This document shows positions 8,591 through 16,749 of a stretch of 24,000 nt of DNA, piece after piece (the stretch's first letter is position 1; the number at the start of each line of letters is the position of its first letter). A model generated the notes under the pieces. It saw nothing but the letters and a program-made list of their open reading frames with translations, had not been told where the DNA came from and made no database searches. The stretch is from positions 154,082-178,081 of the forward strand of contig NZ_JDTH01000002.1 of NCBI RefSeq assembly GCF_000710615.1, in the 5' to 3' direction. This stretch comes from Haladaptatus cibarius D43. Its GTDB lineage: Archaea > Halobacteriota > Halobacteria > Halobacteriales > Haladaptataceae. A program made the position numbers and the translations under genes.

Positions 8591-10405
8591 TCAAATCGAC
8601 CGATGGATGTCGAATGGAAGCCCATCGACGCCGTCGCGCTGGTAGGATTCGATGACTTCGTTCACTTCGTGATAGCCGAGAACGTTCTCCTCTATCATTC
8701 GTTCCATTATCTGTGCGCGGAAGTCGAGGTCGTCGTAGATGTCGCGGGTGTTTTTGTAGCCGAGGAGCGTCGCAATCTGCTCTTCTAACACGTAGGAGTT
8801 GTTCATTCCTTGGAAGACGATTTCGTCCTCGACGGGGTCCCAGTAGAACGCCTGCCGGGTGACGACCCCGCCCATGTCCTTCGAGTAGCCTTCGATTTCC
8901 TGCACGCTCGTCACCCGGCGCAGAACCTTATCGCCCTGCTTGACCCGGTTCTGGAACAGCGCCACGTCGGCGTTGTCCATGAACGTCTCGGGGACGCTGA
9001 TGGGGTCGCCAGTGAAACGCTGAATCATCGAGACGATGTCGCTCGCGTGGAACGTGAGCATCACCGGGTGGCCGGTCTGGGCGGCCTGAAACGCCATCCG
9101 ACCCTCTTCACCACGAACCTCCCCCACGATGATGTAATCGGGGCGCGAACGCAGTGCCGCCGCGACGAGGTCGAACATGTCCACGTCGGAACTGGTTTCT
9201 CCCTTGCCTTCACGAGTCAACAACTGCTGCCACGTGTTGTGGGGCGGTAGCACTTCGGCGGTGTCCTCCGCCGTGTAAATCTTGCTGTCGCGGGGGATGA
9301 ACGAGAGAATACAGTTCAGCGTCGTCGTCTTCCCGGATGCCGTCTCGCCGACCACGAACACCGTCTGTTCGTTCTCCAGACAGAGCCAGAGATAGGCGGC
9401 AAGTTTCGGCGAAAGGGTTCCCCACTTCGTAATCTGGGCGACCGAGAGCGGCGTCCCTTCGCCCTGACGGATGGTGAGACTCGGCCCCTTCAGGCTCACG
9501 TCGTCGCTGTAGATGATGTTGATACGCGACCCGTCCGGCAGGGTAGAGTCCACGATGGGGTCGGAGTCGGAGACGGGGTCGCCGATTCGCTCACCCATGT
9601 TGCGGAGCCAATTGTCGAAATGCTCGCCCGTGCCGAAATCGACGGTCGTTCCGAGCATCCCGTAGGTGCCGTGGTCTACGTAGGTTTCGTGAGGGCCGAT
9701 AACGTGAATGTCCTCGTTCGCCGGGTCGCGCATAATTGGTTCGAGCGGGCCGAACCCGACGATGTCACGGTTCAGACGGTAGCGGATGTTCTCGTAGGTT
9801 TGCTCCGTAATTTCGTACTTGCCGATGCCCGAGTAGCTCATCAGCTCTTCCACCACGTCGTTTTCCCTGAGCGATTGAATACCCGCCTTCACGTCGCCGT
9901 AGGAGATACTGCCGACTCTGCGTGCGATTTCTTGTGGCGAAACGTTCTGGACGCGTTTTTGCAGGGTTTTCGGCGAAAAGTCGGCAATTCGAGTTCGTAA
10001 CCCGCCGGTTCCGTCGCCGATACGAACGGTATCTTGGAGCAGTTCCTCGATTCTGTCGTCGTACTCTGATTCGTTCTGTGGCGCTGGCTTCGAGACGCTT
10101 TTTTCCAAAATCTTCCCACGAACGTCCCAGAACATGTTCTGTTCCGTGTCCGTGAGGTCTGGTTCGATGGCGTAGTATTTCGTATCGCGTCCGACATCGC
10201 CGTAAATGTGACAGTAAATCGGACCGCCCGCCGGATAGATGACGTTCGGCTTGTCGGCTTCCCACTCGCTCGATGGCTCCTCGACGAGTTTCGGGAACTC
10301 ACCCGTAAACTGCTTGAATCGCTTCAAATAATCCCGCAGGTGGGGACGGCGCATCGCCACCTCGCGGAGGTTATCATCTATTTGGGTGGTTCCGTGTTCG
10401 GTCAT
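8591..10405 (-). CDS. arlI: archaellum assembly/motor ATPase ArlI (FlaI), type II/IV secretion ATPase superfamily
   Basis: 604 aa. Walker A VVGETASGKTTTLN. Walker B / Asp-box region RPDYIIVGEVRGEE. His-box region GHPVMLTFHA. Lies between arlH and arlJ. Confidence 0.95.
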   Translation of the reverse strand: MTEHGTTQIDDNLREVAMRRPHLRDYLKRFKQFTGEFPKLVEEPSSEWEADKPNVIYPAGGPIYCHIYGDVGRDTKYYAIEPDLTDTEQNMFWDVRGKILEKSVSKPAPQNESEYDDRIEELLQDTVRIGDGTGGLRTRIADFSPKTLQKRVQNVSPQEIARRVGSISYGDVKAGIQSLRENDVVEELMSYSGIGKYEITEQTYENIRYRLNRDIVGFGPLEPIMRDPANEDIHVIGPHETYVDHGTYGMLGTTVDFGTGEHFDNWLRNMGERIGDPVSDSDPIVDSTLPDGSRINIIYSDDVSLKGPSLTIRQGEGTPLSVAQITKWGTLSPKLAAYLWLCLENEQTVFVVGETASGKTTTLNCILSFIPRDSKIYTAEDTAEVLPPHNTWQQLLTREGKGETSSDVDMFDLVAAALRSRPDYIIVGEVRGEEGRMAFQAAQTGHPVMLTFHASDIVSMIQRFTGDPISVPETFMDNADVALFQNRVKQGDKVLRRVTSVQEIEGYSKDMGGVVTRQAFYWDPVEDEIVFQGMNNSYVLEEQIATLLGYKNTRDIYDDLDFRAQIMERMIEENVLGYHEVNEVIESYQRDGVDGLPFDIHRSI

Positions 10406-10414
10406 TGGTTCAGT

Positions 10415-11179
10415 TCAAGCGACGCTACGACTTTCGATGACGATACCGGCGTCGGCGCGAACCGAGTATCCGATAGTGTCTCCGACCTGTTCACCCATTC
10501 CGGCGAACCGTTTTACCGAAATGTTGCGGCGAACGTCGTTGCCGACTTCGACCATCTGGAGCTCCATGAACACGTCGGCGATGGCCCGGAACGGGCCAAT
10601 CGCCTCTTGGTCAACCGTGGACGGGTCAACCGTTAGCATGACGACTTTGCCCTGCGAGACGAGGTCACGGAAGAACGAGATGATTTCGAGTGCGGCTTGG
10701 CGCTCCTCGTTCTGTCTGACCAGCGCCTCGAACGTCGGGTCGTTGCGGAGAATCGCGTCGAACGTGTCGATGACGATGACATCCGCGTTCCACATTTCTT
10801 CTGCCTTCATCAAGCGGTTCAGCAGTTCCTTGCGCGACCCGTCGTCCCTGTCCGCCGGGGCCCTGATTTGACGGCTTCCGGAGTCCACGTCCGCGTGGAG
10901 GAACAACAGTCGCTCGTTCAGGAGATGCTCTTCGACGTTGTACGAAAGCGAGTGCATCTGGTCGATGAACCCGCGAACCGTCAGTTCCGTCGAGAGCAGT
11001 GTTACACTGTGGTCAGTCTCACACAGGCCGTAGCTGAACCGTTGGCTCATCGCACTCTTTCCAGCGCCGTAATCGCCTTCGACGAGGATAATCGAGCCAC
11101 GGGGGATTCCACCGCCGAGTTCGTTGTTCAGGCGGTCGTGTTCTTCCAAGCCGAGCGAGTATAGATTATTCGAACTCAT
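10415..11179 (-). CDS. arlH: archaellum KaiC/RecA-like ATP-binding protein ArlH (FlaH)
   Basis: 254 aa. Walker [17 protein letters not shown] and a RecA/KaiC-like core (DVIVIDTFD). ATGA start/stop overlap with arlG at 11176-11179. Lies 9 nt upstream of arlI. Confidence 0.92.
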   Translation of the reverse strand: MSSNNLYSLGLEEHDRLNNELGGGIPRGSIILVEGDYGAGKSAMSQRFSYGLCETDHSVTLLSTELTVRGFIDQMHSLSYNVEEHLLNERLLFLHADVDSGSRQIRAPADRDDGSRKELLNRLMKAEEMWNADVIVIDTFDAILRNDPTFEALVRQNEERQAALEIISFFRDLVSQGKVVMLTVDPSTVDQEAIGPFRAIADVFMELQMVEVGNDVRRNISVKRFAGMGEQVGDTIGYSVRADAGIVIESRSVA

Positions 11180-11631
11180 GGTCTGAACTCCAGCACTTCT
11201 TCATCGCCGTTGACGATTAGCTTCACGCGGTGGTCGCCCGGCGATAACGGGGTGTCGTTTCCGATTGTAACTCTGACTACGTTTCCAACTTCCCAGTCCG
11301 CTCCGTCTACGACTTCGAGGGAGACGTTGGTTTGATACCTTCCGTCTAGTAGTACTTCAATCTGGTCACCCGTCCCCTTTAAATTCTGTGACCCGGTATT
11401 TTTCACCAGTACGGTAATATTTTCGTTCTCACTGCCGTTATAAACTGCGTCGCTTCCGGGGTCACTGATGATTTCGATGTCAGTTCGAACGTCGGTACTC
11501 ACGTCGTAACTCCTGTCGCCGAGCGCACCAGACAGTCGTTGGATGCCGGTGGTAAACGTCCCGGCGACGCTCGCGGCGATGATGAGACTAGCGATGAACA
11601 GAATGAGGTGCGAAGTGGAGACGCTCGCCAC
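11176..11631 (-). CDS. arlG: archaellum stator/accessory protein ArlG (FlaG)
   Basis: 151 aa with an N-terminal archaellin-like hydrophobic helix ([20 protein letters not shown]) followed by a beta-rich domain. GTG start directly abuts the arlF stop (TAA 11632-11634). Canonical position between arlF and arlH. Confidence 0.85.
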   Translation of the reverse strand: MASVSTSHLILFIASLIIAASVAGTFTTGIQRLSGALGDRSYDVSTDVRTDIEIISDPGSDAVYNGSENENITVLVKNTGSQNLKGTGDQIEVLLDGRYQTNVSLEVVDGADWEVGNVVRVTIGNDTPLSPGDHRVKLIVNGDEEVLEFRP

Positions 11632-12063
11632 TTACACCGCCTCCGTGTCCGCGAGTCCGGGGCCGGAAACGACCTTTACTCGCGCTGGAGACGAGGACAC
11701 GGATATTTCGAAATGGAGGGCCTCGCCGGGGAGCCATAGCTCGGTTGCCGAATCACCGTTCACGTCGTGGGACACGATGTCGGCGGTAGCTACGTAAGAC
11801 CCATCGACGAGAACGTCGGTGTCGTTCACGTCGAGGGTCGTCGAACCGGTGTTAGTCACGGTTACGTTCAGATTTTCGCCCGAATAGTTCAGTGTTGTGA
11901 TATTCAGAGCCGTGTTTCGCTGGTCGAGCACTCCCTCGGCGCGATCGCTTTGAGCATCGTTGACGCGTTCGTATCCGTTGTACGCGGCCGAGTAGACGAT
12001 GCCGAAGCTCAGGAACATCGCCAAGAAGATGATGGCGGTGGCACCACTAACGCTGAAGCCCAT
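11632..12063 (-). CDS. arlF: archaellum stator/accessory protein ArlF (FlaF)
   Basis: N-terminus MGFSVSGATAIIFLAMFLSFGIVY is typical of FlaF, followed by a beta-sandwich-like domain. I prefer ATG 12063 (17-nt overlap with the upstream gene) over ORF-track start 12096 (50-nt overlap). Confidence 0.85.
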   Translation of the reverse strand: MGFSVSGATAIIFLAMFLSFGIVYSAAYNGYERVNDAQSDRAEGVLDQRNTALNITTLNYSGENLNVTVTNTGSTTLDVNDTDVLVDGSYVATADIVSHDVNGDSATELWLPGEALHFEISVSSSPARVKVVSGPGLADTEAV

Positions 12064-13363
12064 TGCCCTCTCCCCGTATCTGTGCACAGTGGTCAACGAC
12101 TTTCTGCTCGATTGCGTCGCCCGAGAGTTGGCTCATGAACGAGAGGCTTCGGACGTGGTCGTGCACGCCGAGGGTCGCCGGTGTCGCCTCCGAATCGACG
12201 TCCGACACGTCGGCAATACCGCCGACGAACGAAAGCAAGTCCTCTTTGACCGGTTCGCTTATCCACTCGATGTCCTCGTAGTAGGCGATGGTGCGGATGG
12301 TGTCTTCCGGGCCGAACTCCTCCACGAGGAATTCAAGCCATTCCAGAACGACCAAGTCCACGATGTAGCCCGACGGGAGAACCGCGAGGTACGGCTTTTC
12401 CATCCCGTTTCGCATCTGCATCGTCGTCTCTGCGGCCTGGGACTCCGTGGTCTGTTCGGGTTCTTGGAACTCGAAATCGCCGTCGTCCATCTCCGGTTCG
12501 GGTTCTGGTTCCATCTCCGATTCCGGTTCGATTTCCGGTTCCATATCCATCTCCAGTTCGGGCTCCGGTTCTCCCTCGTCGGCCGCGGCTTCGTCGGCCC
12601 AGTCCGCTTCGCCGGATTCGTACTCCTCTTTGAGTTCTTGGAACGTCGAACCTCCTGCTTGTCCTCCGTCGTCGGATTCGTCCGTCTCCCCGTCCATATC
12701 TCCCTTCTCGTCGTCTTCGAACTCGTCCAGTTCGTCTTCGTCCTCGATGTCGTCGAAGGATTCGTCGAAGAAGCTCTCCGCGTCCGCGTCGGCCACGTCG
12801 TCGTCGAGGTCTTCGCTGTCCGCCTCTTCTTCTTCCTCTTCGTCGAACAGGCCGAAGCTACCGGCACCGTCTCCGCCGCCGAAGGCGTCACCGCCCATGC
12901 CACCGTTCGGCACGTCGTCCACGAAGGGGTTGACGCCGCGCGTGACCATCTCGTAGATTTCGAGCAGTTTGCGGACGTTTTCTTCGACGTCGTCCACCTT
13001 CTCGCTGATCTGCTCGTTTTCACTCCGAACCGTGCTGACGGTCGAAGCGATGTCGCCGACTTCGTTTTCGAGGTCGTCGAGACGGTTTTCGAGTTCCTGC
13101 GTGGCCGCGCCGCCGCCACCCATGTCACCGAATCCATCGTCGCCGCCACCGCCCCAGTCGTCCATCCCGCCGTCCATTCCGCCGAAGTCGTCTCCGCCGA
13201 GGTCGTCACCACCGAGGTCGTCGTCGAACAGGTCATCGCCGTCCGCGCCCTCGTCGGAGTTTTCGTCGTCCTCCATGAAGTCCATGATTCCCATGGCACC
13301 CATGGCCAACGACCCACTCGCAATAATGGGAACGAGGTCGGGGGCGAGAGTTATAAGTTTCAT
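12047..13363 (-). CDS. archaellum accessory protein: FlaC-like coiled coil fused to one FlaD/FlaE domain (FlaCE / ArlCDE type)
   Basis: Coiled-coil segment: ELENRLDDLENEVGDIASTVSTVRSENEQISEKVDDVEENVRKLLEIYEMVTRGVNPF. C-terminal FlaD/E-type domain: KPYLAVLPSGYIVDLVVLEWLEFLVEEFGPEDTIRTIAYYEDIEWISEPVKEDLLSFV. The two are joined by a hyper-acidic low-complexity linker of about 160 aa. I prefer ATG 13363 (MKLITLAP...) because an ATTAAT box sits about 29 nt upstream. GTG 13375 is the ORF-track start. Confidence 0.85.
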   Translation of the reverse strand: MKLITLAPDLVPIIASGSLAMGAMGIMDFMEDDENSDEGADGDDLFDDDLGGDDLGGDDFGGMDGGMDDWGGGGDDGFGDMGGGGAATQELENRLDDLENEVGDIASTVSTVRSENEQISEKVDDVEENVRKLLEIYEMVTRGVNPFVDDVPNGGMGGDAFGGGDGAGSFGLFDEEEEEEADSEDLDDDVADADAESFFDESFDDIEDEDELDEFEDDEKGDMDGETDESDDGGQAGGSTFQELKEEYESGEADWADEAAADEGEPEPELEMDMEPEIEPESEMEPEPEPEMDDGDFEFQEPEQTTESQAAETTMQMRNGMEKPYLAVLPSGYIVDLVVLEWLEFLVEEFGPEDTIRTIAYYEDIEWISEPVKEDLLSFVGGIADVSDVDSEATPATLGVHDHVRSLSFMSQLSGDAIEQKVVDHCAQIRGEGNGLQR

Positions 13364-13389
13364 TATGGACAACACCGAACGTTCACCTC

Positions 13390-13422
13390 ATTAATCTTCT
13401 GCCTGAGTTATCACAATTGATA
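13390..13422 (-). promoter_or_regulatory. arl operon promoter: TATA-like box plus upstream dyad TATC-N6-GATA
   Basis: In gene orientation: TATCAATTGTGATA (13409-13422), a 13-nt spacer, then ATTAAT (13390-13395), then about 27 nt to ATG 13363. This sits in a 267-bp AT-rich gap, the largest intergenic region between the che and arl operons. Confidence 0.5.
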
Positions 13423-13596
13423 TTATTTTATTATTACTCCTTAGTCCCCATTTTAGACGCTCTATCTATCGAAAATGCCGGAATATCTATTCAGACACCG
13501 CTCAAATATGGTTGTACTTATTCTAGACATATTTGGGCAACTGAACGGGCCAGTTGACCAGTTTGTTTCAGAAGGCTGTGGATAAATTGCTACGGC

Positions 13597-13632
13597 CGAA
13601 ACGAACCGCCGGTTCCGTTCGAGACGAAAAAA
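13597..13632 (-). terminator. che operon terminator candidate (T6 tract plus hairpin) after cheR
   Basis: On the - strand, TTTTTT (13627-13632) lies 10 nt downstream of the cheR stop (13643-13645). A GAACC-GCC-GGTTC hairpin (13603-13615) follows, with extra flanking pairing. Confidence 0.5.
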
Positions 13633-13642
13633 CGAGTTTGCG

Positions 13643-14437
13643 TCATCGCTTCCGGTAGATACGCAACCGCTTATCGACCGGTTCGTACTCGTCTTTCAAC
13701 AGTTCCGGAAGCGTCTCAGTCTTGCCGATGACGAGATAGCCACCGTCCCGAAGCGAATCGGTAATCGTCCGGAGCATCGGCAGTTTGTGTTCGGCGTTGA
13801 TGTAGATGAACAGGTTGCGACAGGAGACGAGGTCGAAATTCGATTTCGACCGGCCGTTTATCAGATCGTGGTGTTCGAACCGAACCAATCCTTTGACGCG
13901 CTCTGAAACCTCGTATCGAGAATCGTCCTGTCGAACGAATTCTTCGTATCCCGAAAGTGTGGCGAGTTGTTCCGCGATGTCGGTCGTTCGAGTGCTGTGA
14001 TAGACGCCCTGTCGTGCGTGGGAAAGCACTTCCCGGTCGATGTCAGTCGCAGTAATCTCGACGTTTCTGTGCTGAATCTCCGGATTTGAGACGACGAGCA
14101 GTGCCATCGAATACGGTTCGCGGCCGTCGGAACAGGCCGCACTCCAGAGCTTGATTTTGCGTCGGTTCTCCGAAACCGATTCGAGAACAGTCCCAATTTC
14201 CTCCCACACTTTCGGGTTTCGGAAGAAACTCGTCACGTTGACCGACAGCGCATCGAGGAGGGCTTCCCGTTCTGATTCGTCCGTCTTCAGTCGGCGGAGG
14301 TACTGTCGATGTCCCTCGATGTCGGTTCGACGCATCCGAGAGGAGACGCGCCGGTCTAAATACGACTCGTCGTAATGACTCGTTGCAAATCCGAGTTCCG
14401 TCTCTACATACGAGAGTAACTCTTCGAATGCGTTCAA
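13643..14437 (-). CDS. cheR: chemotaxis protein methyltransferase CheR
   Basis: 264 aa. SAM-dependent CheR motifs: KIKLWSAACSDGREPYSMALL, ITATDID, FDLVSCRNLFIY. The only start compatible with the conserved N-terminus is TTG 14435-14437, overlapping the cheD stop (TTGA). Confidence 0.93.
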   Translation of the reverse strand: MNAFEELLSYVETELGFATSHYDESYLDRRVSSRMRRTDIEGHRQYLRRLKTDESEREALLDALSVNVTSFFRNPKVWEEIGTVLESVSENRRKIKLWSAACSDGREPYSMALLVVSNPEIQHRNVEITATDIDREVLSHARQGVYHSTRTTDIAEQLATLSGYEEFVRQDDSRYEVSERVKGLVRFEHHDLINGRSKSNFDLVSCRNLFIYINAEHKLPMLRTITDSLRDGGYLVIGKTETLPELLKDEYEPVDKRLRIYRKR

Positions 14438-14940
14438 ATCTGGTTCACTCCCCGGTGGGCACTTTTCACGACGAGCACTGCCGTGTCGGTGTGGAGTTCG
14501 AGTGATCGGCCGTGGCTTCCGCCAGTGTCTTCCCCCACAATTGGAATGCCGTGTTCTGCCAACAGTTCCTTGCTGGCTTCGACGTTTCGGGTTCCGATTT
14601 CCCGACCGATTCCCGAGAGTTCGAGCATGTTGCTTCCCCCCGCGATTTTCGCTTCGATGGTTTCGACGTTACCGCCGGCATCGGTCATCTGCGAAAGCAT
14701 CCCGTCGATAGCCGTGTCTACGAATTTCGCTTCGTCGCCGTCGCGGGATTCGGGTGCTGACGGGAGCATGACGTGTGCGAGTCCCGTCACCCCGGCAGTA
14801 GCATCCGACAGTGCGATGCCGAGACACGAACCGAGTCCAGTCGTCGTCAGTTGTGTATTTGCGCTCGTCACGGCGTAATCCGCCACGCCGACTTTTATCG
14901 GGGCGTCCTGACGTGAGGACTCGCTCCGATACACTTTCAT
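14434..14940 (-). CDS. cheD: chemoreceptor glutamine deamidase CheD
   Basis: 168 aa. VGVADYAV...TTGLGSCLGIALSD...GLAHVMLP is the CheD catalytic-Cys region. ATGA overlap with the upstream cheC at 14937-14940. Confidence 0.93.
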   Translation of the reverse strand: MKVYRSESSRQDAPIKVGVADYAVTSANTQLTTTGLGSCLGIALSDATAGVTGLAHVMLPSAPESRDGDEAKFVDTAIDGMLSQMTDAGGNVETIEAKIAGGSNMLELSGIGREIGTRNVEASKELLAEHGIPIVGEDTGGSHGRSLELHTDTAVLVVKSAHRGVNQI

Positions 14941-16151
14941 AATCTGCCTGCCTTCGTCACTCGCTCGGCACTCACGTCCGTATCGAGTGAGGAGAGCGCA
15001 TCGCGGAGATCAGATTCGTCAGGAAGTGCGTACAGCGTGCAGTCGAACGTCTCGTCGTCGGCGCGGATAGTTGCATCCGAGACGAACGCGAACTGCTGTG
15101 ACTGGCCGAGATGAGCCACGAGCGGGTCAACGATTGCACCACCCATGTCGTGGGCGAACTTCGGCGTGGAAATGTCGATGGTCGATTCGAGAGCGTTCGC
15201 CCACCCGTCGATGAAGCTACTCGCCATGATGTTCCCCATCTCCCGAATGGCGTTTTTTTCCATTTCGTCGAACTCCTCGCCGTTGTCGCTCGGAACCATC
15301 GCCCGAGCGACGTCGTGGGCCGACGACTCGTCGAACAGTATCAACACGAACCCACCGGGCGCGCTTTCGAGTTCGAACACCACCCCGACGCACATCGTTT
15401 CGCCCATCCCCTCCGAAACCTCTTCGACGGGGACGAAGTTCACGTTCGTAATGTCCACTGTCGTGTCGATACCCGTCATCATCGACAGGTTCTCCGCGAC
15501 CGAAATCGCGCCGATGCGGGTCATCTCGTCGAAGTTCGACAGATTCTCGACGGAAACCGTCTCGCCGTCACCGGACAGGATATCGGTCATGCAGTCCGGT
15601 TCTGGCGACAACTGAACGCTGAACGAAACGGATTCATCGACCGCACCGACTTCGCTGGCGAAGACGAACGTCGGGCCGTCCGCATCGAGTTCCGGCGTTC
15701 CATCGACGTAGGTCGGCGGCGAGATGTCGATGGTCGTGCCGAGGTAGTCGGCCCAGCCGTCGACGAAGCCACCGGCCATCACGTTGCCGAGTTCGCGGAC
15801 GAGACTTTCGTCCATGTCGTCTGCCCCCGGAGCGAGGATTTCCCGAACCCGTTCCACGCTCTCTCTGGAGAACGTGAACGCAGTTCTCCCGCGCAGACCG
15901 CCGTCGAGTTCGATGATGACGCCGACGCGCCGATTCTCGTCCGGCGTCGCCAGACCCGACTGCTGTGCAGTCGAGTCTGCTCGTGCAGAAGCAGTCGAAT
16001 CGTCCCGTTCGGGAGTCGTTTGTACGTGCGTCCGCGTCACGTCCACGAACGTCTCGATGTCCGTCATCGCGGACAGATGCGAAGCGGCGCGCTCCGCTCC
16101 CTCGTGTGCCATCCGGTTGACGGCACCGAGTTCCTGAATATCTACCTGCAT
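14937..16151 (-). CDS. cheC: CheC-family CheY-P phosphatase, duplicated (two CheC modules)
   Basis: 404 aa with repeated CheC signatures: ELGNVMAGGFVDGWADYLGTTIDISPP and EMGNIMASSFIDGWANALESTIDISTP. The first module carries an S/T/D-rich insertion. Confidence 0.9.
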   Translation of the reverse strand: MQVDIQELGAVNRMAHEGAERAASHLSAMTDIETFVDVTRTHVQTTPERDDSTASARADSTAQQSGLATPDENRRVGVIIELDGGLRGRTAFTFSRESVERVREILAPGADDMDESLVRELGNVMAGGFVDGWADYLGTTIDISPPTYVDGTPELDADGPTFVFASEVGAVDESVSFSVQLSPEPDCMTDILSGDGETVSVENLSNFDEMTRIGAISVAENLSMMTGIDTTVDITNVNFVPVEEVSEGMGETMCVGVVFELESAPGGFVLILFDESSAHDVARAMVPSDNGEEFDEMEKNAIREMGNIMASSFIDGWANALESTIDISTPKFAHDMGGAIVDPLVAHLGQSQQFAFVSDATIRADDETFDCTLYALPDESDLRDALSSLDTDVSAERVTKAGRL

Positions 16152-16152
16152 C

Positions 16153-16749
16153 TTACACCTCTATCCTCCGCATCATCGTGACGAGTTCTTCGAGTTCGGG
16201 GAAGGTGTACACCTTCACCTCGACGTTCGAGTCCGGCACACAGACGCGCGAATCGAGCACCATTGCGACGTCGTCGTCGCGGTGGCCGACCAGCGATTCC
16301 ACGATTCGACTCGATGGGCCGTAGGTGAACGTCGGCGTCGAGAAGTCGATAGTGGTCTGAAGCACGTTTGCCCACCCGTCGATAAACCCGCTCGTCATGA
16401 TGTTGCCGATTTCCTGGACTGCAGATTTCTCCATGTCGCTGAACCCCTTTTTTGCGGGTTCGCCCATCCCACCCATCATCCCGTGTGCGAGTTGCTTCGC
16501 GCTCGCCGCGGAGAACAAAAACAGAATGTAGCCGTAGGGCTGTTCGACCAGTTCGATGTGGATGCCGACCTGTTTCTCGTGGCCCATGTGCGAGCGGATG
16601 TCGCGGATGTCGATGAAGTTCGTTTTCGTTATCTCCATCTCGGTTTCCATCCCCGTCATCTGATTCAGGTGATTTGCGACCGTGTTCGCCCCCTGTTTCG
16701 CCATCCTGTTGAACAGGCTCAACTTCCGAATGTCGATTTTCAGGCTCAT
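16153..16749 (-). CDS. cheC: CheC-family CheY-P phosphatase, single module
   Basis: 198 aa with EIGNIMTSGFIDGWANVLQTTIDFSTP. Its start overlaps the cheA stop (TAATG at 16747-16751). Confidence 0.9.
   Translation of the reverse strand: MSLKIDIRKLSLFNRMAKQGANTVANHLNQMTGMETEMEITKTNFIDIRDIRSHMGHEKQVGIHIELVEQPYGYILFLFSAASAKQLAHGMMGGMGEPAKKGFSDMEKSAVQEIGNIMTSGFIDGWANVLQTTIDFSTPTFTYGPSSRIVESLVGHRDDDVAMVLDSRVCVPDSNVEVKVYTFPELEELVTMMRRIEV

Noticed and set aside
11999-13420. 473-aa ORF on the + strand, the longest unassigned ORF in the track
   Set aside because: It lies fully antisense to the FlaC-FlaD/E gene and arlF. Its translation is basic, V/F/R/H-rich and low-complexity, unlike halophile proteins. 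It is a typical shadow ORF opposite a GC3-rich acidic gene.
13503-13557. Short inverted repeats in the arl upstream region: CAAATATG/CATATTTG at 13503-13535 and CAACTG/CAGTTG at 13539-13557
   Set aside because: These are 6-8-bp arms in a 267-bp AT-rich region and could easily arise by chance. CAGTTGA resembles part of the cheY dyad, but the context (no nearby TATA at the right spacing) does not support a separate call.
15111-16181. 356-aa + strand ORF. Similar long ORFs occur at 16887-17819, 19110-19934, 7228-7974, 8810-9250 and 10697-11164 on +, and off-frame at 12259-13323 and 7262-7774 on -
   Set aside because: All are antisense or out of frame relative to confidently identified che/arl genes. 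Their products are R/H/V-rich with no recognisable motifs. These are shadow ORFs of GC-rich coding DNA.
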